Below are positions 19,995 through 30,669 of a stretch of DNA of 57,573 nt, one piece after another. Each line of letters opens with the position of its first letter. Positions within the stretch are counted from its first letter, which is position 1. The position numbers and the translations under genes were made by a program. Source of the stretch: an uncultured Bacilli bacterium (GTDB lineage: Bacteria; Bacillota_I; Bacilli_A; RF39; UBA660); contig CALVIY010000005.1 of the NCBI GenBank assembly GCA_944331955.1, positions 1 through 57,573 on the forward strand. The letters are read 5' to 3'. The notes under the pieces are model-generated. The model ran no database searches. It was not told the DNA's origin and saw only the letters and a list, made by a program, of their open reading frames with translations.

Positions 19995-21806
19995 TTATTT
20001 ATTTAAAGATATAAATTTATCTAATGTTTCTTTAAACATATCTAGTGCTTCTTCAAACACTTTTGTATCAGTTAAATCTATATCTACAATTTTTAATACT
20101 TCTAAAGGATAATTTCTACCTCCACTCTTTAAGAACTCTAAATATTTTTCTTTAAAGTTTGGAGTATTATTTAAAATATTTTTAACTATATAACTTGCTA
20201 TAGATAAACCAGTTGCATACTTATAAACATAAAATGGTGTATAGAAATGTGGTATTCTTAAAGCTTCATATCTAATTTCATCATCTACTACAACACCAGG
20301 TCCAAAGTATAACTTATTTAATTCATAATAATAGTTACAGATATTATCACTAGTTAATATTTCTCCTTTATCTGTTAACTCATGAATATATTTTTCAAAC
20401 TCTGCAAACATAGTTTGTCTAAAGATTGTCGCTTTAAATAAGTCTAGTCTTTCATTTAAAATAAAAAGTTTCTCATCTTTTGTACTAGCTTTATCTTCCA
20501 TATAGTATGAAAGTAATAACTCATTTACAGTTGATGCTATCTCTGCTAGAAATATTGGATAGTCTGATGTTTCATAAGAGTTATAATGATTAGAAAAATA
20601 TGTATGCATAGAATGTCCTAATTCATGAGCAAGGGTTGATACATCATTATATTCACCTACATAATTAAGTAAGACAAATGGTTTAGTATCATAACTTCCT
20701 GATGAATAGGCCCCACTTCTTTTATTAAGATTAGGATATTTATCAATATAACCATCAGTAAAAGCTTTATCTAACTCTTTACTATATTCATCACCTAAAA
20801 TACTTAAAGCATCTTTAACTAGTTTTTCTCCTTCTCGAAAACTATATTTTTTATCTATACTTTTAACTGTACTTACATATCCATCATATAAATGAAATTC
20901 ATCTAATCCAAGTATTTTTTTCTTTACATCATAATATTTATAAAGACTAGGTAAATTATTATGAACTACTTTTATTAAGTTATCATAAAGCTTAGTAGGA
21001 ATAAAATCATTAAATAAACTTGCTTCGATACTTGAATTATATTTTTTTAGTTTACTAGATACTGATAAGGCTTCACAAGTAGAGGCAAGAGTTGATGTTA
21101 AAGTATTTTTAAAGTTACCATAAACTCTATGATAATTAATAAATGCATCTTTTCTTACTCTTCTATTTTTAGAACTTAATAATGTACTATAGTTACTAGA
21201 AGTAAGTTCTACTTCCTTATCATTTTCATCTTTAATCATACCAAATTTCATATCTGTATCCATTAAGAAGTCTGCAGTATCACTACTACTATCTAAGACT
21301 TTGGAATAAGCTGATATTATATGTTCTTCTTCTTTAGATAAAGAATGTTCTTTATATCTTAAAACATCTAATAATTGATGTCTATAATCTTTAAGGCTCT
21401 CTTCTTTATTAAGATAGTTAATAATAGTATCTTTATCTTTTTCTAAGATCATAGGTACTACAAAAGAAGTAGCTTCTCCATATTCTTGATATAAATTATT
21501 AATTTTACCATATAGTTCTTGATAAGTAGAGTTTCCTGTATCTTCATCATATTTACGAGCGGCATATGTATAAAGTTTTGCTATTAATCTTGAAGTATCA
21601 CTATCAAGTAAAAGAAATTCTTTAAAGTTTTTACTATTATCTAAAAATGTATCTTGCATCTTACTTAGTTTAATTATATTAGATTTAACTATATCATAGT
21701 CTTTATTATATTTATCTAAGGTGTTATATACACTTTCTATATCCCATTTATCGCTCTTTTTTACTTCTTCCCTTTTTATTAGTTTATCCATAATTATTAT
21801 TAACAA
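19995..21806 (-). CDS. pepF: oligoendopeptidase F (likely start ATG 21791)
   Basis: HELGH zinc motif, KRSGAYS, AEIAS, HFY..FYVYKYA. Confidence 0.95.
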   Translation of the reverse strand: MLIIIMDKLIKREEVKKSDKWDIESVYNTLDKYNKDYDIVKSNIIKLSKMQDTFLDNSKNFKEFLLLDSDTSRLIAKLYTYAARKYDEDTGNSTYQELYGKINNLYQEYGEATSFVVPMILEKDKDTIINYLNKEESLKDYRHQLLDVLRYKEHSLSKEEEHIISAYSKVLDSSSDTADFLMDTDMKFGMIKDENDKEVELTSSNYSTLLSSKNRRVRKDAFINYHRVYGNFKNTLTSTLASTCEALSVSSKLKKYNSSIEASLFNDFIPTKLYDNLIKVVHNNLPSLYKYYDVKKKILGLDEFHLYDGYVSTVKSIDKKYSFREGEKLVKDALSILGDEYSKELDKAFTDGYIDKYPNLNKRSGAYSSGSYDTKPFVLLNYVGEYNDVSTLAHELGHSMHTYFSNHYNSYETSDYPIFLAEIASTVNELLLSYYMEDKASTKDEKLFILNERLDLFKATIFRQTMFAEFEKYIHELTDKGEILTSDNICNYYYELNKLYFGPGVVVDDEIRYEALRIPHFYTPFYVYKYATGLSIASYIVKNILNNTPNFKEKYLEFLKSGGRNYPLEVLKIVDIDLTDTKVFEEALDMFKETLDKFISLNK

Positions 21807-21855
21807 GAAGTAGTCCTAATGCTAGCACTACTTCTTATCTTTCCTTTCTTTTATT

Positions 21856-23682
21856 TTATTTTTCTTCAAAATCAGCGTCTTTTACATCATTATTATCTTG
21901 CGCATTATCACTACTATTATCAGTATTACTATTTGCTTGATTCTCTTTTTGAATATTTTCATAAACTTTAGTAGCAAGTGCCATAGCTTTTTCTTGTAGT
22001 TTATCTTTCTTAGCTTTAATATCATCTAAGTCATTCTTAGATAAAGCTTCTCTTAAGTCTTTAATTAAGTCTTCTGCTTCTTCTTTTTCCTTTTTATCAA
22101 CTTTATCTCCTAAATCTTTTAATGATTTCTCAGTTTGGAATACAAGTTGTTCTGCTTCATTCTTAAGGTCAGCTTCTTCTTTACGTTTTTTATCTGCTTC
22201 TTTATTTTCTTCAGCTTCTTTTCTCATCTTTTCAATCTCTTCATCAGAAAGGTTTGTAGATGATGTAATTGTAATAGATTGTTCTTTGTTAGTACCAAGG
22301 TCTTTAGCAGTAACATTAACAATACCATTAGCATCTATATCAAACTTAACTTCAATTTGTGGAACTCCTCTTGGTGCAGGTGGAATGTTTGTAAGTTGGA
22401 ATCTACCAAGTGTCTTGTTGTCGGCAGCCATACTTCTTTCACCTTGTAATACGTGTACATCAACAGCAGGTTGATTATCTGCAGCAGTTGAGAATACTTC
22501 TGATTTACTTGTTGGAATAGTTGTATTTCTTGGAATTAATACTGTCATAACTCCACCTAATGTTTCAATACCAAGTGATAATGGTGTAACATCAAGTAGA
22601 ACGATATCATTAACATCTCCTGTTAAAACACCACCTTGAATAGCAGCACCCATAGCAACTACTTCATCAGGATTAACTTCTCTTGATGGTTCCATACCAA
22701 GTTCTTTCTTAACTGTTTCATATACAAGTGGAACTCTAGTTGAACCTCCAACAAAGATTACTTTATCTAAGTCTTTAGCTTTTAGATCTGCATCTTTTAG
22801 GGCATTTCTAACTGGTTCTAATGTAGAATCTACTAAATCACTAATTAAGCTTTCAAATTTAGCTCTAGTTAATGTCATATCTAAGTGAAGTGGACCATCT
22901 GCTCCTTGTGAGATAAATGGTGCAGATACTTGTGTACTATTCATACTAGATAAATCTTTCTTAGCTTTTTCAGCAATTTCTTTTAGACGTTGCATAGCCA
23001 TTTTATCTTTAGTAAGGTCAACTCCATTTTCTTTCTTAAATTCGCTAACAAGATAGTCTATAATCTTCTCATCAAAGTCATCTCCACCTAAATGGTTATT
23101 ACCGCTAGTAGATCTAACTTCTACAACACCATCACCAAGTTCAAGAATAGATACATCGAATGTACCACCACCAAGGTCGTATACTAATATTGTTTGATTC
23201 TTATCTTGTTTATCTATTCCATATGCTAAAGCAGCAGCAGTTGGTTCATTTATAATACGTTCAACATCAAGTCCTGCTATCTTACCAGCATTCTTAGTAG
23301 CTTGTCTTTGCGCATCATTGAAATATGCTGGAACAGTAATTACAGCTTTTGTAACACTTTCTCCTAAGTAGCTTTCAGCGCATTCTTTTAAGTATCCTAA
23401 AATCATTGCAGATACTTCTTCTGGTGTATATTTTTTACCATTTGCTTCTACTTTTTTATCAGTACCCATTAATCTTTTAATAGATGAAATTGTATTAGGG
23501 TTAGTAATTGCTTGTCTTTTTGCAGCAGCACCTACTACTCTTTCACCATCTTTAGTAAAAGCAACTACAGATGGAGTAGTTCTTTCTCCTTCTTTATTAG
23601 GGATTACTTTAGCTTCCCCAGCTTCTTGTACACAGACACAACTATTAGTTGTACCTAAATCAATACCAATTATTTTACTCAT
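21856..23682 (-). CDS. dnaK: chaperone DnaK
   Basis: [27 protein letters not shown]. Confidence 0.99.
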   Translation of the reverse strand: MSKIIGIDLGTTNSCVCVQEAGEAKVIPNKEGERTTPSVVAFTKDGERVVGAAAKRQAITNPNTISSIKRLMGTDKKVEANGKKYTPEEVSAMILGYLKECAESYLGESVTKAVITVPAYFNDAQRQATKNAGKIAGLDVERIINEPTAAALAYGIDKQDKNQTILVYDLGGGTFDVSILELGDGVVEVRSTSGNNHLGGDDFDEKIIDYLVSEFKKENGVDLTKDKMAMQRLKEIAEKAKKDLSSMNSTQVSAPFISQGADGPLHLDMTLTRAKFESLISDLVDSTLEPVRNALKDADLKAKDLDKVIFVGGSTRVPLVYETVKKELGMEPSREVNPDEVVAMGAAIQGGVLTGDVNDIVLLDVTPLSLGIETLGGVMTVLIPRNTTIPTSKSEVFSTAADNQPAVDVHVLQGERSMAADNKTLGRFQLTNIPPAPRGVPQIEVKFDIDANGIVNVTAKDLGTNKEQSITITSSTNLSDEEIEKMRKEAEENKEADKKRKEEADLKNEAEQLVFQTEKSLKDLGDKVDKKEKEEAEDLIKDLREALSKNDLDDIKAKKDKLQEKAMALATKVYENIQKENQANSNTDNSSDNAQDNNDVKDADFEEK

Positions 23683-24310
23683 TTATATCCTCTCCTTCTT
23701 CATTATTATCATTATTTTCTTCTTCTATTTTATTTACTCTAACAGAAGCAGGTCTAATAACCTTATCTTTAAGACGATAACCTTTAAGTAATACTTCAAG
23801 AACTTCGTTATCTTTAAAGTCTTTATCGCTATCTGTCATTAAAGCATCCATAGTATTAGGATCATATTCTAAGTGTTCTGCTTCTATTTCTTCTAAGCCA
23901 TATTTTTTTAAAACATCATCAAAGCTTGCATACATCATCTTAAATCCTTTTAAGAATTTAGATAACTCATCACTTAAATTATTATCATCAAGTCTAATAG
24001 CTCTCTCAAAGTTATCTAGTATTAAAATAAGCTCTTTAATTAAATCTTCATTAGCATATTTTAATCTGTTACTAACTTCTTCTTCTTTTCTTTTACGATA
24101 ATTAATAAGTTCAGCTTGATGATATTTAATCTTTTCATTTAACTCATCGATTACTTTATTTTTTTCATCTAATTCTTCTTTTAATTTTTTTATCTCTTCA
24201 TGATGCTTATCATGTTTTTTAGTTTTTTCATGACATTCACAAGTTTTATTTTCATCTTTGCATCCACACTCGCAAGATTCTTCTTTTACTTCTTTTTCCT
24301 TAGTGTCCAT
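23675..24310 (-). CDS. grpE: nucleotide exchange factor GrpE
   Basis: AE..NYRKR, DNFERA, GY.L.DKVIRPA.V.V; operon context. Confidence 0.95.
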   Translation of the reverse strand: MDTKEKEVKEESCECGCKDENKTCECHEKTKKHDKHHEEIKKLKEELDEKNKVIDELNEKIKYHQAELINYRKRKEEEVSNRLKYANEDLIKELILILDNFERAIRLDDNNLSDELSKFLKGFKMMYASFDDVLKKYGLEEIEAEHLEYDPNTMDALMTDSDKDFKDNEVLEVLLKGYRLKDKVIRPASVRVNKIEEENNDNNEEGEDINE

Positions 24311-24317
24311 TTAATCA

Positions 24318-25304
24318 CTACCCTTCTATATTTTCTTTTAAGTATTCTAAAATACTAACAACTCTATCATATTCCATTCTCTTAGGTCCTATGATAGCAA
24401 GAGTACCTTCTTCACTATCTGTTTTAAAGTTAGTCTTAATAATAGTAACATCATCATCTAATCTATTCTCACTACCTATATAGACTTCAATATTATTAGA
24501 GTCATCTTTTTTTATTTCCTTTAGTATTTCTTTATCATCAAGCTTCTTAAATAAATCTCTAATCTTATCAACATTATCAAACTCAGGTTGTTCTAAGAAC
24601 TTGGTTCTACCTACAACATTAATATCAGTATTAGTAATATCATTGAAGACATTATAAATAGCATTATATAATTGTTGATGTTGTTCTACATATTTAGAGA
24701 TAATAGGTTTTATCTCAAACTCTAGCTTAGTACTAACTTCATCAATAGGTGTACCTACTATTAAATTATTGATAAGTTCTACTGTTTTTTTAATATCTTC
24801 AGTACTAACATTATCTAAGGTAATATTTTTATGTTCCACTTTTCCTCTATCAGTAACTACTATTACTATTAAATGATTAGCATCAAGAGGAACAACTCTA
24901 ATTTCTTTTAGTAAGTTCTCGTGACTTGCCTTACCTAAGACTACAGCAGTATAAGAAGTCATATCTGAAATAACTTGTAAGCTTTTATTAATACAATCAC
25001 TTAATTCTAATGATTGATTATGGAAAATAATCTGTAATTTTAACATTTCTTCTCCATTCATTTTCTTAGCTTCCATTAAATTGTCTACGTAATAACGATA
25101 TCCTTCTTCACTAGGTACTCTACCACTAGAAGTATGGGTTTTCTCTAAATATCCTAATTCTTCAAGATCAGCCATTTCACTCCTGATGGTAGCACTAGAA
25201 CATTTTAGTATTTTACAAATTTGATTACTACTAACAGGCTTAGCTTGTCTAATATAAGACTCAACAATTAATTTTAAGATTTTCTTTTGTCTTTCACTAA
25301 GCAT
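24318..25304 (-). CDS. hrcA: heat-inducible transcription repressor
   Basis: SSATIR.EM..LE..GYL...HTSSGRVPS..GYRYYV, IIGP.RM.Y. Confidence 0.97.
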   Translation of the reverse strand: MLSERQKKILKLIVESYIRQAKPVSSNQICKILKCSSATIRSEMADLEELGYLEKTHTSSGRVPSEEGYRYYVDNLMEAKKMNGEEMLKLQIIFHNQSLELSDCINKSLQVISDMTSYTAVVLGKASHENLLKEIRVVPLDANHLIVIVVTDRGKVEHKNITLDNVSTEDIKKTVELINNLIVGTPIDEVSTKLEFEIKPIISKYVEQHQQLYNAIYNVFNDITNTDINVVGRTKFLEQPEFDNVDKIRDLFKKLDDKEILKEIKKDDSNNIEVYIGSENRLDDDVTIIKTNFKTDSEEGTLAIIGPKRMEYDRVVSILEYLKENIEG

Positions 25305-25334
25305 AACTACCTCCTAGGCGCAGTTTAAATGTAT

Positions 25335-25407
25335 TTAGCATTCCACTTTTCTCACTGCCAATAATATTGTATGAAAAAAGTTAGCACTTGTCAACTCTTT
25401 TTGCTAA
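25335..25407 (-). promoter_or_regulatory. two degenerate CIRCE operators flanking/overlapping the hrcA promoter
   Basis: TTAGCATTC-N9-CACTGCCAA (25335-25361) and TTAGCACTT-N9-TTTTGCTAA (25381-25407); minus-strand TTGACA-17-TACAAT. Confidence 0.8.
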
Positions 25408-25412
25408 CTTTT

Positions 25413-26027
25413 TTATTTTTTACGAACAAGTCTTATTTGAATTGCTTCTATACGATATGACTTACCTATAGTACCTGCTGTAGTACCGTTTTTAACATAC
25501 GATTGCCAACCAATATTTTGAACATGGGCACGATATTCTATGTCAAAGTAATTAGCTAAATCACCAGTTAATCTAATCTCAAAAGCTTCGAGTCTTTTTT
25601 CTTCATTAATAAGTCCTGCTGTATTTCCATTCTTGACATAATTTTGCCAACCATAAGTTTGCATATGGGCTCTATATTCTATATCACCACTCAAACTACT
25701 TTGATTTTCTATCGCCACTTTCATAGCCTGGATTGGTCTTGACTGAGAAGTTGTTCCCGCAGTTTCCCCATCAGTTTTAGGATCATCCCAACCGGTACCA
25801 CTTATATATACTTGGTAGTTTAGTTTAACGTTAGAAAGTATTGCATTCATATGATTATCATCATCATTTACAAAACTATTTAACTCATCTTTAATGTCAT
25901 TAGCAAGGTTAGTTGTCGTTCTCCTTTCGAAGCTTAATGTTCCAACTAACAAAAACAAAATTAAAGTAGCCATCATCAAAAGACTATATAAAATTGTAGA
26001 AATAGCAAACCCCTTATTATTTAACAT
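25413..26027 (-). CDS. type IV pilin-like protein with ChW (clostridial hydrophobic W) repeats
   Basis: KG|F plus hydrophobic helix; three YRAHxQxxGW..GxTAG..RIEA-like repeats. Confidence 0.75.
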   Translation of the reverse strand: MLNNKGFAISTILYSLLMMATLILFLLVGTLSFERRTTTNLANDIKDELNSFVNDDDNHMNAILSNVKLNYQVYISGTGWDDPKTDGETAGTTSQSRPIQAMKVAIENQSSLSGDIEYRAHMQTYGWQNYVKNGNTAGLINEEKRLEAFEIRLTGDLANYFDIEYRAHVQNIGWQSYVKNGTTAGTIGKSYRIEAIQIRLVRKK

Positions 26028-26031
26028 AATA

Positions 26032-26598
26032 TTACCCCTCTTCTATTACTTTTATAATAGCATGATAATGACTATCTCTATCTATTACAAAATCATTATT
26101 AATAGCCCATATTCTAATAGAATAATCTTCACTACTATTCGCTTCTAAGGTATCTTCGTATAGTACGTTATCTTGATATTCACTAAGTATTTTAGCTTTA
26201 GGTGCTTGATGATCTACTCTTAGACTTAATTTTAATAGTTCTTTAGGAATAGTTTTATTAAGACAATCATCTCTAGTAATTCTATTATCGTTAGACTCTA
26301 ATATTATTTTATAACTAACGCTGTTATTAGAACTATTCTTAACAGTAAAACCATATTCAGTAGAACTTAAACCAACTGCATCTGTAACAGGGGTAAATTT
26401 AGTTAAATTAATCTTATTACCATCTTTACTATGAAAAACTACTTCCATTTCTCCTGTATCTATATCACGTTCTCTTTCACTAGAAAAATTATGATATATT
26501 AAATATGTAGAGATTATGGCAAATGCTAAAAGGAATGCAATAATTATAATACTTTTCATTTTATGTTTACGATTATATTTTGAATACATAGAAAACAC
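26032..26598 (-). CDS. membrane-anchored/secreted protein homologous to the N-terminal domain of 7675-9582
   Basis: N-terminal TM; TG.....F...I.L....P.TD..G.....FTV...Y.I pattern shared. Confidence 0.65.
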   Translation of the reverse strand: MFSMYSKYNRKHKMKSIIIIAFLLAFAIISTYLIYHNFSSERERDIDTGEMEVVFHSKDGNKINLTKFTPVTDAVGLSSTEYGFTVKNSSNNSVSYKIILESNDNRITRDDCLNKTIPKELLKLSLRVDHQAPKAKILSEYQDNVLYEDTLEANSSEDYSIRIWAINNDFVIDRDSHYHAIIKVIEEG

Positions 26599-26688
26599 CT
26601 CTTTGTTATTATTGTAAAGCTTTTAACGTTTTTTAGTCAATGAAAAGAACATTTTTTACAAAATATAATGTAAATTTTCAAAAAACAC

Positions 26689-26717
26689 TTGCAAAAGATA
26701 AATGTTTGTTATATATT
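26689..26717 (+). promoter_or_regulatory. tRNA promoter
   Basis: TTGCAA-17-TATATT. Confidence 0.65.
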
Positions 26718-26732
26718 ATTAATGTCTTAAAT

Positions 26733-26809
26733 GTCCGCGTAGCTCAGCTGGATAGAGCAATCGCCTTCTAAGCGATCGGTCACGTGTTCGAATCACGTCG
26801 TGGACACCA
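26733..26809 (+). tRNA. tRNA-Arg(UCU)
   Basis: Acceptor GTCCGCG/CGTGGAC, anticodon arm ATCGC-CTTCTAA-GCGAT, TTCGAAT T-loop, encoded CCA. Confidence 0.97.
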
Positions 26810-26820
26810 TTTATAAAATT

Positions 26821-26843
26821 AAACAGTCTTAGGGCTGTTTTTT
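26821..26843 (+). terminator. terminator after tRNA
   Basis: AAACAGTC-TTAG-GGCTGTTT followed by TTT. Confidence 0.75.
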
Positions 26844-27049
26844 ATCTTTAGAAGATATATAAACTTAAATATATATAGAAAAAATAATACTTGCAAAAGA
26901 TATAAAGATTAAAAACTTAATTAGTCCATACTATTTATACGAAGAAAAAGATCAAATAAAAGGGTCAATAGAAAAGAAAATAACTGGTATATCAATTAGT
27001 GATTATTTACGATTTAGAATAAGAAACAATGATTAGATACCACCTATAG

Positions 27050-27940
27050 TTAATTACCCTCTCTAATTATTTTAATAGCATTACCTATATTATTAATAGT
27101 ATCACTTGCTATCATAGATATATCTGTATTTTTCTTTTCAGCTTCTATACCTGCCATACCATTTATTAAAACACCTGTAGATATTGTTAAAAGGTTAAAT
27201 GGAAGATATGCAAGAAGTCCTGCAAGTATTCCTGATAGAACATCTCCACTGCCTGCTGAAGACATTCCAGGACATCCTGTTGTTACTAAATATGTATCTG
27301 AACCATTAGATATAATAGTAGTATGTCCTTTTAAAAGGACAGTTATTTTATAAGTACTAGCAAATTCTTTAACTAAGTTTAAGGAATCTTTTTTTATCTC
27401 CTCTAAAGATTTATTAATTAGTCTAGAAAACTCTTTTAAATGAGGTGTTAATAAGATATTACATTTCTTTTCTTTTAAAATATTTAAATCTATTATAGAT
27501 AAAGTGTTTAAGCCATCAGCATCTATTATTAAGTTACCAGTATAATTCTTTATAAGAAATGTTAAAATATTCTTTAAATGTTCATCATTGCCTAATCCCA
27601 TACCAAAAGCAAGAGAATCTAAATCTTTAATAGAGTCTTTTAAATTATCATAAAAATTATTATCATATTCAGGTAATACGCACAATGTTTGCTCTAAAAT
27701 ATTAGGGCCAAGTAAAGGTAATACTTCTTTCTTTACCAAGACTCTACAAATACCACATCCACTTCTAAGAGATGATAATGATAAATAAGAAAGCTTTAAG
27801 GCCCCTGAATACTCTATACTACCACCATATAATCCAGCTTTACCAAAATCTCCTTTATTAGAGTCTATATTTCTTCTTTTTAATAAACCTTTTACATCAC
27901 TGTTTTCTATCTCATAAGTATTATTATCTATCTTTTTCAT
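27050..27940 (-). CDS. nnrD: NAD(P)H-hydrate dehydratase
   Basis: KGDFG, G.GLG, DADGL, TPH.KEF.RL, GSGDVL.G. Confidence 0.9.
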   Translation of the reverse strand: MKKIDNNTYEIENSDVKGLLKRRNIDSNKGDFGKAGLYGGSIEYSGALKLSYLSLSSLRSGCGICRVLVKKEVLPLLGPNILEQTLCVLPEYDNNFYDNLKDSIKDLDSLAFGMGLGNDEHLKNILTFLIKNYTGNLIIDADGLNTLSIIDLNILKEKKCNILLTPHLKEFSRLINKSLEEIKKDSLNLVKEFASTYKITVLLKGHTTIISNGSDTYLVTTGCPGMSSAGSGDVLSGILAGLLAYLPFNLLTISTGVLINGMAGIEAEKKNTDISMIASDTINNIGNAIKIIREGN

Positions 27941-27969
27941 TCTTCCTCCAAAAATAAAGTATACTCAAA

Positions 27970-28746
27970 TTAATGAGCATACTGAATAGTTTTTTCTACT
28001 ACTTCTTTTATATCTCTTTCATTAAATGGTTTTCTTAATACATCTACTATTGGATAATTAAAGGCTTTAGCAACTAATTCATCATTCCCTACTCCTGTAA
28101 TTATTGAAACAGGAATAAGATCAAACAAATTATTATTTCTAAAATACTCTAATACTTGAAAACCATTAAAGTTAGGCATATTAAGATCAAGGAGCATTCC
28201 TACTATCTTTAACCCTTGATTGTTGGCAATCATTTGTAAAGCTTCATTTCCATCATTTGCAACCAATACTTCAAACTGGTTATTAAATATTTTACTAATA
28301 AAGTTTTTAATAACTGCAGAATCATCAACTACAATAAGAGCTCGATCTTTTTTAGGGGCCACAAAAGTAGTAGCAGTACCAATTTCTTCCATTCCTAAAT
28401 ACTGCTTAACTAAGTGGACAATTCGATCGAGCTCAGTTATTAATTCATCAAAATGTTCTGTAACATAGTACATATTATTTTCTTTACTTGCCATTTCATG
28501 GTTATAAGCGTAATTAGCTAAAGTGTCAAAGCCAAAGTATTTAGCATCACTTTTTAGGCCATGAACTAAAATAGCATAATTTGCCATATCACCTGTTTCT
28601 TTAGTTTGTTTAATTTTTGCTTCCTTTTCATGAATGTCTTGAAGGAAGTCGCCCAATGTATCATCATAAGTTGACATGTCTCCAAACAATTCTAAACTTT
28701 TTTTAACATTTACACCATTATTAATAAGTAAATTTACATCTCTCAT
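27970..28746 (-). CDS. Hpt plus receiver-domain protein
   Basis: VHGLKS.A Hpt motif; VVDD, LDL.MP..NG, KPF receiver. Confidence 0.85.
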   Translation of the reverse strand: MRDVNLLINNGVNVKKSLELFGDMSTYDDTLGDFLQDIHEKEAKIKQTKETGDMANYAILVHGLKSDAKYFGFDTLANYAYNHEMASKENNMYYVTEHFDELITELDRIVHLVKQYLGMEEIGTATTFVAPKKDRALIVVDDSAVIKNFISKIFNNQFEVLVANDGNEALQMIANNQGLKIVGMLLDLNMPNFNGFQVLEYFRNNNLFDLIPVSIITGVGNDELVAKAFNYPIVDVLRKPFNERDIKEVVEKTIQYAH

Positions 28747-28782
28747 AATAATACCCTCCTATACTTTAAAGTATAGCATAAA

Positions 28783-30594
28783 TTATTCGTTATTTAAATA
28801 CTTATTTATTACACTATCAAGTGCTTTACGTTCAATAGGTTTAGATAGATAACTATCAAAGCCTTCACTTAGGTATTTTTCTTCCATACCGGCAATAGCG
28901 TTAGCAGTTAAAACAACGACAGGCGTATTAAAATTAGGATCTTCTTTTAATTTATGGAATGTTTCTGTTCCACTCATTTTAGGCATCATATCATCCATAA
29001 AAATTAAGTCATATTTTATTGTTTTAATTTTTTCAAGGCATTCAAAGCCACTTAGGCAACTATCAACTTTAATACCATAATCTTCTAAAAGCCTTGTAGC
29101 AACTTTAATATTTAATTTATTATCATCAACAACTAAAACTGTTTTACCTATTATATCTTTATCTTTTTGTAAATCTTCTTTTCTAACTTCTAATGTATCT
29201 TCTAGTTTAACTGTTGATGGAGCGATTTTTTGATCTATTGAAACTGTAAACTTACTACCTTTACCATAAACGCTTTGAACAACAAGTTGTCCGTGCATTA
29301 ATTGTACTAATTTCTTAGTAATAGCAAGCCCTAGTCCTGTTCCTTCTATAGTAGTATTTCTATCTTCATCAAGTCTTTCAAATTTATTGAACAGTTTATC
29401 TATTTTATCACGTTTTATACCAATACCTGTATCTTCAACTGAGACAATAAGTCTACAAATATCTCCTTTAATTAGTGAACTAACTTTAAATTCTATATGA
29501 CCTTCTTTCGTATATTTGGCAGCATTAGTTAAAATATTTAATATTACTTGTTTTACCCTTGTATGATCACCATATAAAACTTTAGGAATAGTCTCATCTA
29601 TGTTAACTATTAATTCTATTGGCTTTTCTCCTATTCTTGATTTCGTTAAAACAACTAAATCATTAAATATTTTATATGGATTGTAATTATTATTTATTAT
29701 CTCTAATCTATTAGCTTCTATTTTAGAAATATCTAAAACACCATTAACTATTTCAAGTAAACTCTCACTTGCCATTAATATATCATTAACATCTTCTTTA
29801 ACCCTATCTGGCAAATCTTCTTCTTCTTTTAAAGCTTGGGCAAATCCTGTAATAGCATTAAGAGGTGTTCTTATTTCATGTGACATATTAGATAAAAATT
29901 CTGACTTGGCTTGATTTGCTTTTTCAGCTTGTACTTTAGCAATATTTAAAGCTTCTATCATTTTAACATCTGGATTTTCAATTGTAAAATACATAAGAAA
30001 GGTTATTAAAGTCTCAGTTGGAGTTATAAGTAAAAGTCCTGGTACTATTTTTTGAATTACAGAAGTAATCATACCTAAAATTATATATACCATTACAGGA
30101 ATAATTTTTTTATTAAAATAAAAACCTCTATTTACAAAGCATACACCAACCCATATAGTAATAAAACTAAAGCTTGCTAAATAAACAATATTTACAGAAA
30201 CACCCGTTATTGTTGGTCCATATATTGTTTGTTCAAAAGAAAGTGGAAATAATAAAATAGAAATAGCAAAAACACTAATAGCACCTATCCAAAAAGGTTT
30301 TAAAATCTTGTGACTTTTTTTCGTTATATATATCATATAAATAATAAATATACTTATCCAAACCAATAATAAAATCAAATATGTTTTTAGTACTATATCA
30401 CTTACAATTGGAATGTAATTATTTGAAAAATAAGTACAAGCATACTCAAATAATAAAGCAAAAAGATTACTTACTACTAAAAATTGATAAAGTTTATTTT
30501 CTTCATTTTTAACTCTTTCTTTTGAAAAATATATTATATTTAGAAGAATTGAAAAAAATAAAGCACACGTTGGAAAAAATAATCCCGTTGTCAT
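28783..30594 (-). CDS. membrane hybrid histidine kinase
   Basis: [25 protein letters not shown]-terminal receiver. Confidence 0.93.
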   Translation of the reverse strand: MTTGLFFPTCALFFSILLNIIYFSKERVKNEENKLYQFLVVSNLFALLFEYACTYFSNNYIPIVSDIVLKTYLILLLVWISIFIIYMIYITKKSHKILKPFWIGAISVFAISILLFPLSFEQTIYGPTITGVSVNIVYLASFSFITIWVGVCFVNRGFYFNKKIIPVMVYIILGMITSVIQKIVPGLLLITPTETLITFLMYFTIENPDVKMIEALNIAKVQAEKANQAKSEFLSNMSHEIRTPLNAITGFAQALKEEEDLPDRVKEDVNDILMASESLLEIVNGVLDISKIEANRLEIINNNYNPYKIFNDLVVLTKSRIGEKPIELIVNIDETIPKVLYGDHTRVKQVILNILTNAAKYTKEGHIEFKVSSLIKGDICRLIVSVEDTGIGIKRDKIDKLFNKFERLDEDRNTTIEGTGLGLAITKKLVQLMHGQLVVQSVYGKGSKFTVSIDQKIAPSTVKLEDTLEVRKEDLQKDKDIIGKTVLVVDDNKLNIKVATRLLEDYGIKVDSCLSGFECLEKIKTIKYDLIFMDDMMPKMSGTETFHKLKEDPNFNTPVVVLTANAIAGMEEKYLSEGFDSYLSKPIERKALDSVINKYLNNE

Positions 30595-30669
30595 ATAACC
30601 ACTCCTATTCTTTTTAAGTATATCACTATATTTAAAAATATAAAAGAAAAAGAACGAATTTTGTCGTTC

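Noticed and set aside
26869-27036. Start-less open frame of about 55 codons after tRNA-Arg; possible integrated-element relic
   Set aside because: No start codon, no integrase, and no duplicated tRNA 3' end seen in the window.
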